Shown here in pieces: positions 27,552-34,105 of a DNA stretch of 44,097 bases (position 1 is its first letter; each line of letters starts with the position of its first letter). Origin of the DNA: an uncultured Dehalococcoidales bacterium (GTDB taxonomy: Bacteria; Chloroflexota; Dehalococcoidia; E44-bin15); NCBI GenBank assembly GCA_964583545.1, contig CAZOVW010000002.1:1-44097 (forward strand), in the 5' to 3' direction. Below the pieces are notes generated by a model, which saw only the letters and a program-made list of their open reading frames with translations, was not told the origin of the DNA and searched no databases. The translations under genes were made by a program, and so were the position numbers.

Positions 27552-28928
27552 TCAACACTCCCTGACCACGGGGTAGTTTCTTATCTCTTCAACATATAGG
27601 TCTAAAAACCTCTGAGCCTTTTCCCTGGAGAAGAGGCCGGTTCTATAGCCCAGGCAGACCTGCAACCTGCCGTTGTAGACGGATGTCACCAGGGTCATCG
27701 GCAGGAGGGACCCAACAGGTGGAACGCCCTCTATGCCCACTATCCTGGCGCTGCCGATTCGGAGCTCTTCTCTCCATGCTTCGGGCCAGATCACGCCTAG
27801 GTTACTAACGACAATGGTATCAACATATATTCGAGTAATCATAAAGAACCTGGCCATTCCTCTCATAACCACCAGAGGAAAGCGAGAGAGGAGGTAAGCG
27901 AGGTAAAGTTGGGAGAAGGGGATTCCATTCTTGACCATTGAGGCCATATTCGCCCTCACCTTATGTAGCAGCTTTACTGGATCGGCCCTATCTTTGGGCA
28001 TGGTCGGTAGGGAAATCCCGGATACCTGGTTTGAAACCACATCCTTAGGCCACTTGGGCCCGATGAATAGGGGAGTCCATATGCGTATACATTTGCTGCG
28101 TTTGCCGTGCAGGCTGTTCCATCTCTCAATAACCCTGAAGCAGGCTGCCAGCAGGACATCGTTCAGGGTAACGCGGGCTGCCTTCGCTCTTGACCGAATT
28201 TGCCCAAACTCTGCTGGGTCTATGGTACCATTGCAGTAGCCGGTTCCCTCTGACTGCCCCGACCTGTCGTGGAAGATCCTTCTCGTTGGGTGAAAAGGCG
28301 CTATGAAGAATCGATGGAAAAGGCTGTAGATCATTTTCATATAGTAGTGCTCCACGCTTGGCCTTTGGCTGCGTGCAAATTGCAGTATTTCATCCCCTTT
28401 ACGGGATATGGGGATATCATCGAGGGACTTAGAGTCTTCAGGAACGTCCTTATCGTAACTTTCAAAGATCTTCCGGATGAAAAGAACGGCGCCGAGCCCA
28501 TCCACTGCAATGTGATGACCAGTGAAAATCAGTGAAGATTCAACCTCATTCTTTTTTAAGAGAAGGGCTCTAAATGGGAATTCCTTCCATAGGTTCAGGG
28601 GTTGGTTTATCCATTCAGAAAGGCACCTCTCATAGTTTGCATCTGGGAGTTTGGCCAGGTCTTTGACAGTCAGAGCTTTCTCTCCGAGGTCTTCCTGTAC
28701 TTCTTGGAAAGTCCTGAAATACTTACTTCGCAGGATTGTTCTCATTTGGGGATGAGCTTTTAGGGCGGATAGGATTGCTCGATTCAACCTATCGGCATCT
28801 ATTTCTCCTTCGATGTTCAGGATTTGGTGGGCAATCATAGGCTCGTTTATGCTGTCAACAGCTAATATACCCTTCTCAATGGAATTCAGAGGCATTGACC
28901 TGCCGGGCCTTTTCACTTTTCTTTGCAT
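27552..28928 (-). CDS. HHxxxDG acyltransferase, paralogue B
   Basis: Same GHHIAVDGLG motif. The N-terminal half is almost identical to paralogue A and the C-terminal half diverges. Start is uncertain: ATG 28928 or ATG 28895 (MPLNS..., matching A). The track ORF start at 29006 overlaps the SRPBCC gene. Confidence 0.7.
   Translation of the reverse strand: MQRKVKRPGRSMPLNSIEKGILAVDSINEPMIAHQILNIEGEIDADRLNRAILSALKAHPQMRTILRSKYFRTFQEVQEDLGEKALTVKDLAKLPDANYERCLSEWINQPLNLWKEFPFRALLLKKNEVESSLIFTGHHIAVDGLGAVLFIRKIFESYDKDVPEDSKSLDDIPISRKGDEILQFARSQRPSVEHYYMKMIYSLFHRFFIAPFHPTRRIFHDRSGQSEGTGYCNGTIDPAEFGQIRSRAKAARVTLNDVLLAACFRVIERWNSLHGKRSKCIRIWTPLFIGPKWPKDVVSNQVSGISLPTMPKDRADPVKLLHKVRANMASMVKNGIPFSQLYLAYLLSRFPLVVMRGMARFFMITRIYVDTIVVSNLGVIWPEAWREELRIGSARIVGIEGVPPVGSLLPMTLVTSVYNGRLQVCLGYRTGLFSREKAQRFLDLYVEEIRNYPVVREC
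28416..28858 (-). repeat. Identical block shared with 24545-24987 (inside paralogue B)
   Basis: See the feature at 24545-24987. Confidence 0.85.
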
Positions 28929-29344
28929 AGCGATCGCTCGATCCTCGTTTTTGCTGCTGGCGCAATCTTGTCTGAGATTGCTTGACCACCTCGGTATGCC
29001 AGCCATGCCAGGGGCCCTGAGACCTCGCCGCCTATAGTGACCCTCGTTTTGCCATTTACAGGTTCCAGAGTATAGAAGCGTGTTAACTTGGTGCCTAAGG
29101 CTTTTCCTTGCATGACCACGGCGCGTTGTGGGACGAATTCGGTGATAGTCATCACCAACTTAACTCTGATCCTGCTTACCTTAAGTGTCACAGAAAGTTG
29201 TGAGCCTACTGTCAAAGGCCCCTCGGGGACTCTCTCAATCTTCTTAATGGACGGTATCCATTCGGACCACTCTTCAAGATTATCAACTAACGTCCAGACC
29301 TTCTCTAGAGGAGCATTGATCTCAACACTGCTGCTAAACCTCAT
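28913..29344 (-). CDS. SRPBCC (polyketide cyclase/START-like) family protein
   Basis: MRFSSSVEINAPLEKVWTLVDNLEEWSEWIPS... is a typical SRPBCC N-terminus. Start set at ATG 29344 (GAGGGGG RBS) rather than track TTG 29410. Confidence 0.65.
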   Translation of the reverse strand: MRFSSSVEINAPLEKVWTLVDNLEEWSEWIPSIKKIERVPEGPLTVGSQLSVTLKVSRIRVKLVMTITEFVPQRAVVMQGKALGTKLTRFYTLEPVNGKTRVTIGGEVSGPLAWLAYRGGQAISDKIAPAAKTRIERSLCKEK

Positions 29345-29543
29345 ACCTACCCCCTCGCTCCTAACCTCAAGCTTGGTGCTGATGATATGCTCATGGTGTC
29401 TAGCTATCAAGCTCGCTGGCGGCTAGGGCTTTGGTGGCGCGGCACCCAAGTCTGAAAAGGAGCCTGACGAGCAGCTTGTCATGAGGACAGATAGCTACCT
29501 TCATCGTAGCACGGGATAGGCCAGAAATCAAGGTTTGGGCGAG

Positions 29544-29573
29544 TCGACACAGGCTGAGCCATCGCATTATAAT
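29544..29573 (+). promoter_or_regulatory. Candidate queA promoter implying a leaderless or near-leaderless mRNA
   Basis: TCGACA (29544-29549), 18-nt spacer, TATAAT (29568-29573). The queA ATG is at 29581, 8 nt after the -10, and no RBS is visible. Confidence 0.35.
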
Positions 29574-29580
29574 TGTTCCC

Positions 29581-30606
29581 ATGAAGACCAGCGATTTCGA
29601 TTATCACCTCCCGCCTGAATTCATTGCCCAGGTTCCCGTAGAGCCCCGGGATCACTCCCGTCTCATGGTGCTCTCACGGGCTGATGGCTCGATAACGCAT
29701 CGCCGCTTCTTTGAGCTCGTGGATCTTCTCTACGATGGTGATGTTCTGGTCTTTAATGACAGCCGCGTCCTTCCCGCGCGGCTTATCGGTCGAAAAGCGG
29801 GCTCAGGGGGGAGGGTGGAGCTCCTGCTCCTTCGCCGCTTGGGCCCTGGCCTCTGGGAGACATTGGTCCGGCCGGGGCGTAGGGTGCGTGAGGGGACGAG
29901 GATAGAGGCGGAAGGCCTCTGGGGCGAGGTTATGGAACGAAAGGAAGGCGCGCTCAGGGTGATCCGCTTCTCCGATGAAGAGGCCCTGGAGAGGGCGGGC
30001 CAGGTGCCCCTGCCCCCCTACATTCACCTTCCTATCGAGGACCCGGAGCGCTATCAGACGATCTACGCCAGAGTAAAAGGAAGTGTTGCTGCCCCCACGG
30101 CGGGGCTGCATTTCACCCATGAGCTGCTCCATCGCCTGAGGGGAAAGGGGGTTCAATTTGCCTTTGTTACCCTTCATGTGGGGCTTGATACCTTTTCTCC
30201 GGTGCGGGTAGCAGACCCCAGGGATCACCCGATGCATAAGGAGTACGGCGAGCTAACGCCGCAGGTGGCGCAGCAGCTCACTCAGGCCAAAGCGGAGGGC
30301 CGGCGAATTATCTGCGTTGGCACCACATCGGTGAGGGTTTTGGAGCAGGCTGCACTGGGAGGTGAGCAGTGTGGGGAGAGCGGGGAAATCGAGGCTTTTA
30401 GCGGCTGGACCGATCTCCTCATCCTGCCGGGGCATCGCTTTCGCACCCTGGACGGGCTGATCACCAACTTCCATTTGCCCTGCTCCACCCTGCTAATGCT
30501 GGTCGCCGCTTTTGCCGGTCAACGCTTCATCCGGCTGGCCTACCAGGAGGCGATACGCCAGGGCTATCGCTTCTATAGCTTTGGTGACGCCATGCTGGTA
30601 CTGTGA
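29581..30606 (+). CDS. queA: S-adenosylmethionine:tRNA ribosyltransferase-isomerase
   Basis: 341 aa. MKTSDFDYHLPPEFIAQ... and PLPPYI motifs. Confidence 0.9.
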   Translation: MKTSDFDYHLPPEFIAQVPVEPRDHSRLMVLSRADGSITHRRFFELVDLLYDGDVLVFNDSRVLPARLIGRKAGSGGRVELLLLRRLGPGLWETLVRPGRRVREGTRIEAEGLWGEVMERKEGALRVIRFSDEEALERAGQVPLPPYIHLPIEDPERYQTIYARVKGSVAAPTAGLHFTHELLHRLRGKGVQFAFVTLHVGLDTFSPVRVADPRDHPMHKEYGELTPQVAQQLTQAKAEGRRIICVGTTSVRVLEQAALGGEQCGESGEIEAFSGWTDLLILPGHRFRTLDGLITNFHLPCSTLLMLVAAFAGQRFIRLAYQEAIRQGYRFYSFGDAMLVL

Positions 30607-30619
30607 TGTGACATAGATA

Positions 30620-31177
30620 TTACTTTGATTTAGAATGCCTGAACTCTCTTCTTAGCTCTTCTTCCTCTTGCCGCAGCATTTCTTTGAGCTGTCCCGTAGT
30701 AAAAGTTCTAGTCCCAACACCCTCCTCTCTCATGTGTACCTTTTCCAGCCCAGCATTAATAATTTCCTTCTTGCAAAGCATACACGGGCCGTATATCTTC
30801 GGCCTTTCTCCCCTGCTTTCATCATATCCGCCTTGAATCTTCTCACTTGAAATATACATTTCTCCGCCTGTTATATTCACACCTGTCCTTGCTGCATTTA
30901 TTATGGCGTTTTGTTCTGCGTGTACACTCCTACATAGTTCATATCGTTCTCCAGACGGAATTCTCAGCTCGATCCTGAGACAGTTGCCAATATCAATGCA
31001 ATGCTCTGTCCCCCTCGGAGACCCCGCGTAACCAGAGCTAACCTCTACACCGTCCTTGATAATAATTGCCCCTGTTCTCCTTCTCAAACAGGTACTTCTT
31101 TCGGCTGCAACCTTTGCCCTGTTTAGGTAGTGTTCAACTTTGTCCGGTCTTTTCATTTTCGGGTTAGCACTGCTCAT
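30620..31177 (-). CDS. dCMP/cytidine deaminase family protein (ComEB-like) with a charged C-terminal tail
   Basis: 185 aa. Zinc motifs HAEQNAI and PCMLCKKEI. AGGAGGAGG RBS. Confidence 0.8.
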   Translation of the reverse strand: MSSANPKMKRPDKVEHYLNRAKVAAERSTCLRRRTGAIIIKDGVEVSSGYAGSPRGTEHCIDIGNCLRIELRIPSGERYELCRSVHAEQNAIINAARTGVNITGGEMYISSEKIQGGYDESRGERPKIYGPCMLCKKEIINAGLEKVHMREEGVGTRTFTTGQLKEMLRQEEEELRREFRHSKSK

Positions 31178-31200
31178 AAACTACCTCCTCCTTTTTGTTT

Positions 31201-31228
31201 ATTGTAACAGGGCTGGCAGGCCTGTCAA
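31201..31228 (-). promoter_or_regulatory. Candidate promoter of the deaminase gene
   Basis: On the minus strand: TTGACA (31223-31228), 16-nt spacer, TACAAT (31201-31206), about 25 nt upstream of the ATG. Confidence 0.45.
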
Positions 31229-31291
31229 TCAAACCTGTTTAGATCCCACTGGTGAGCGATTTCGTTCAGATAGAGATTGTTTAGCAACCTA

Positions 31292-31320
31292 TCCCCCTTC
31301 CCTTATTAAGGGAAGGGGGA
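31292..31320. repeat. GC-rich palindromic (REP-like) unit
   Basis: TCCCCCTTCCCTTA-t-TAAGGGAAGGGGGA, perfect 14-nt arms. Confidence 0.8.
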
Positions 31321-31344
31321 GTGTAGGTAAGAGAGGGGATTTTA

Positions 31345-31371
31345 CCCCACAAAATCTGCGATTTTGCGGGG
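31345..31371. repeat. Palindromic hairpin
   Basis: CCCCACAAAATC-tgc-GATTTTGCGGGG, 11 of 12 positions pair. Confidence 0.7.
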
Positions 31372-31406
31372 GCCCCACTTAATACGCCCCTCTCTAAAAT
31401 CTCTTC

Positions 31407-31430
31407 CCCCTCTCCTTAAAAGGAGAGGGG
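31407..31430. repeat. GC-rich palindromic (REP-like) unit
   Basis: CCCCTCTCCTT-aa-AAGGAGAGGGG. Same family as 31292-31320 and 38269-38291. Confidence 0.8.
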
Positions 31431-31461
31431 AATAAAGGGGGTGAGGTTAATAGACAATCTC

Positions 31462-31482
31462 TTCAGATAGATAGTTGACACC
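31462..31482 (+). repeat. 21-nt direct repeat, copy 1 (partner at 38152-38172)
   Basis: TTCAGATAGATAGTTGACACC versus TTCAGATAGATGGGTGACACC, 19 of 21 identical, same orientation. A partial third copy GTTCAGATAGAG lies at about 31264. Confidence 0.75.
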
Positions 31483-31601
31483 TGAGATCGTGGGAAGGGG
31501 AGTCCTGCGGCGGGGGCCTCTCCGATCTGTCGGAGCAGGAATACATCCCGGGGCAGGTGGGTAGTAACACGCACAGGTCTGCAGAGCTAATTGCGAGGAC
31601 G

Positions 31602-32399
31602 CTAGCTGAAGCGTTCCGCAAAAATGCACTTTTCCACGATATTGCGAACTGCAACAAGTCCGGGTGAGTCGGGGAGTTCCGTTATCGGCTTACCAATCAA
31701 GTCGTAGTAGGCGATGTTCTCATCATGGGGGATATAACCAAGTACCTCCAGGCCCATTTTCTGGGCGGCTTGCTTAAGTAGTTCCTCGCTGCCCTGCACT
31801 CTATTAAAGACCAGACCTAGCTTTTCACACTGTATCACCCTCTCGCTTTGCGCCATCCTCTTTATCTGGGCTGCGGTTTGTATGCCTCTAGATGTGGCGT
31901 CGGTAACAATAATCAGGGTGTCGACACGGCCCATGACCTGCCTATTTATCTGTTCCAGGCCGGCCTCTCCGTCAATGAGGATAGTATCAAAGCTCTGGGA
32001 GAGGGTCTCTATCGCCTCGCGCAGCAGGGCATTGACCGGGCAAAAGCAGCCTAGTGTTTCGGTACGCCCCATGGCCAGCAGGGCGAAGCCGTCCATCTCA
32101 TTAAGGGCCTCCAGAACCATATAGTCAAGCATGTCAGCTAACTGGCGCTTTTCTTCCTGCTTGCCTCCTTTGGCGGTCTTTATTATCTCCTCGCGGATCT
32201 GGCCCATGGTTCTCCCGACGTTTACGCCAAGGGCGTGGGACAGGCCCATGGCCGGATCGGCGTCAATCAGCAGTAGCTTGCTTGCCTTGCCACTATCCAG
32301 AAGGACTCTGGTTATCATAGCCGTGAGCACGGTTTTCCCCGTGCCACCTTTGCCACATACAGCGACCAACCTCTTGCTCGAGGTAAAAGATTCAGACAT
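31602..32399 (-). CDS. CooC/AcsF-type (MinD/ParA-fold) metal-insertion ATPase-like protein
   Basis: 265 aa. Deviant Walker A CGKGGTGKT and a CXC motif (LGCFCP) at the position of the metal-binding CXC of CooC-type Ni chaperones. Confidence 0.7.
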   Translation of the reverse strand: MSESFTSSKRLVAVCGKGGTGKTVLTAMITRVLLDSGKASKLLLIDADPAMGLSHALGVNVGRTMGQIREEIIKTAKGGKQEEKRQLADMLDYMVLEALNEMDGFALLAMGRTETLGCFCPVNALLREAIETLSQSFDTILIDGEAGLEQINRQVMGRVDTLIIVTDATSRGIQTAAQIKRMAQSERVIQCEKLGLVFNRVQGSEELLKQAAQKMGLEVLGYIPHDENIAYYDLIGKPITELPDSPGLVAVRNIVEKCIFAERFS

Positions 32400-32429
32400 C
32401 AGTACTTTCTCTTAAGCAGAATTTATAAA

Positions 32430-33221
32430 CTATGATTTAGCAGCGACTTTAGCCTTGCCGGTCTTTTTCTTGCGCACGGTGACCACTTCCCTAATTTCGT
32501 CGCACACCGGCTTATAGTCGCAGGACCGGCAATCCCAGCCCAGGGTGCACTCAATGTCAAAGCCTTTGGCCTTCCAGACTTCCTTGGTGATGTTCCTGGA
32601 TATCTCCCGAACCTGCGTGCCAATGTCATCCAGAAGTTGCAGGTCTTCTTTGCTCGAGGTGACAAAAACAATTTCCATCGCCTCTATTTTGGGCACCTCT
32701 GATTTGAAGGTGGCCATCAGCGCTCTTCCCAGGGTCTCAAAGCAAAAACCCTTCGCCGCAGCGTCACTGCTCACCCTGCTCCACATGCACTGAGGTATGC
32801 TCCTGATCATGTACCCTTCTATCTGGTCGGCGATGTATAGGTTAGCTTGCAGCGCTTCATGATCTTTCTCGCCGAGGCCTGTTCCCCCCACCATCAAGAC
32901 CTGACCGAATGGCAGGCTGGCCCCCGGCGATTCGGGGATATCAGGGCCGATCAGGGTAATCTTGCCATCGCTGATCAGAGACGGGTTGTCTGTCCACAGG
33001 AGAAAGGCGCAGGAACCGGCGTTGGGGTTGCCCAGCTCGATGAAGGTATCTCCCCGCAGTATTATGCCTGAGCTAGCCTGGGGGCCAACCCGAACAGGCA
33101 GTCCTTCCACCAGTTCGCTGACCGCCGCGGGACAATCGATTTCCTTGACCTGCCTCCCCTTTTCACGCATTTCCAGGCCGTATTCAGTCAGCTTCTTAAC
33201 ATACACATCGAAGATCGCCAT
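32430..33221 (-). CDS. Truncated acetyl-CoA synthase-like protein (CdhC N-terminal / AcsB middle domain only) with a C-terminal CX5CX2CX5C motif
   Basis: 263 aa. By eye, ...GDTFIELGNPN...DGKITLIGPDIPESPGASLPFG...MWSRVSSDAAAKGFCFETLGRALMATFKSEVPKIEAMEIVFVT... aligns with remembered M. thermoacetica AcsB (...DGKIEVIGPDIDQIPEGSKLPLG...WLRVSKDAVAKGFRFKNYGEILVAKMKEEFPAIVDRVQVTIFT...). It ends at ECTLGWDCRSCDYKPVC, roughly where the ACS A-cluster domain begins. Confidence 0.65.
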   Translation of the reverse strand: MAIFDVYVKKLTEYGLEMREKGRQVKEIDCPAAVSELVEGLPVRVGPQASSGIILRGDTFIELGNPNAGSCAFLLWTDNPSLISDGKITLIGPDIPESPGASLPFGQVLMVGGTGLGEKDHEALQANLYIADQIEGYMIRSIPQCMWSRVSSDAAAKGFCFETLGRALMATFKSEVPKIEAMEIVFVTSSKEDLQLLDDIGTQVREISRNITKEVWKAKGFDIECTLGWDCRSCDYKPVCDEIREVVTVRKKKTGKAKVAAKS

Positions 33222-33291
33222 AATCTGTTTGCTCCTGAGGAGATTGAGTTTCGTCAGAGTTTGTCGTAGCCTGCCCGATGAGGGAACTGGC

Positions 33292-34080
33292 TCAGGGTCG
33301 ACTGTTCAGTTTCTCCCTGGCGATGAGTGCCGCCCCTATTGCTCCAGCGATTTGGGGGTCCTGGGGCAACTTCTTCACACTAACCCCCAGTTTCTCCTCC
33401 AATGCCTTGGCCAGGCCCTCGTTCTTGGCACATCCGCCGGTCAGCGCCACGTCTTCGACAAGGCCAACCTTTCTTACCATGGAATTCAACCTGCCCGCTA
33501 TCGAGTTATGCAGGCCGGCAGCAATATCGGCGAGTTCAACGCCCTCATTAATAAGGGTTATAACCTCGGACTCAGCAAACACGCTACACTGGCTGGTAAT
33601 AGTAGCAGGGTTCTTCGACTGGAGAGATAGCGATGAAAGCCCTTCAAGCCCACAGTCGAGTGCCCTGGCCATTGCCTCGAAAAACCGCCCCGTCCCCGCA
33701 GCACACCTGTCGTTCATCACAAACTCGATAACGTTGCCCTTTTCGTCTATGGACATCACCTTGCAGTCCTGCCCCCCGATGTCAACCACCGTTCTCACCG
33801 TGGGACAAAGCCAGTGAGCACCCCGGGCATGACACGTTATCTCCGAAACATTTTCGTTGGCGAAAGGCACCTTGAGCCTGCCGTAGCCGGTGCCTACAAT
33901 GTAGTCCACCTCGTCCAGTGAGAAGATGCCGAGATAACCCAAGGCTTCATCCATCACACGGCGCGCCGTCAACTCAGGCTTGGTGGTGGACGGGATAATG
34001 ATGTATGAGGCGATCTCCCCATCCTTCATGACGACAGCCTTACCGGTAGCAGAACCTACATCACAGCCTCCGACAATCAC
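33292..34080 (-). CDS. ATP-dependent activase of the 2-hydroxyacyl-CoA dehydratase/benzoyl-CoA reductase family (BcrAD/BadFG/HgdC-like)
   Basis: Start reassigned to GTG 34080 (GGAAAGGAAAG RBS, 25 nt after the upstream stop), giving MIVGGCDVGSATGKAVV. Cluster-bridging Cys contexts NDRCAAGTGRFFE and SQCSVFAESEV are present. The track ORF (to 34230) overlaps the upstream gene. Confidence 0.85.
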   Translation of the reverse strand: MIVGGCDVGSATGKAVVMKDGEIASYIIIPSTTKPELTARRVMDEALGYLGIFSLDEVDYIVGTGYGRLKVPFANENVSEITCHARGAHWLCPTVRTVVDIGGQDCKVMSIDEKGNVIEFVMNDRCAAGTGRFFEAMARALDCGLEGLSSLSLQSKNPATITSQCSVFAESEVITLINEGVELADIAAGLHNSIAGRLNSMVRKVGLVEDVALTGGCAKNEGLAKALEEKLGVSVKKLPQDPQIAGAIGAALIAREKLNSRP

Positions 34081-34105
34081 GATCTTTCCTTTCCCTGCTG
34101 TTATC

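Noticed and set aside
13509-29344. Mobile-element borders (integrase, transposase, tRNA target, terminal repeats) around the AT-rich lipid cluster.
   Set aside because: None was found by eye on either side, so I do not call it a mobile element. Only the compositional shift is reported.
29400-29582. 60-aa minus-strand ORF in the SRPBCC-queA spacer.
   Set aside because: It has no RBS, spans the queA promoter region and shows no recognisable motif.
31292-31430. Possible CRISPR array suggested by the repeated GC-rich palindromes.
   Set aside because: Only 2-3 related units are present, with irregular spacing and differing sequences, and there is no regular repeat-spacer periodicity or cas gene. 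REP/MITE-like repeats explain them better.
31140-31657. Short ORFs in the repeat-rich spacers: 31140-31382, 31447-31629, 31463-31657. Likewise 37841-38227 and 38385-38744 in the other spacer.
   Set aside because: They are translations of palindromic repeat units or promoter regions, with no RBS or family resemblance. 38385-38744 is antisense to the MFS gene.
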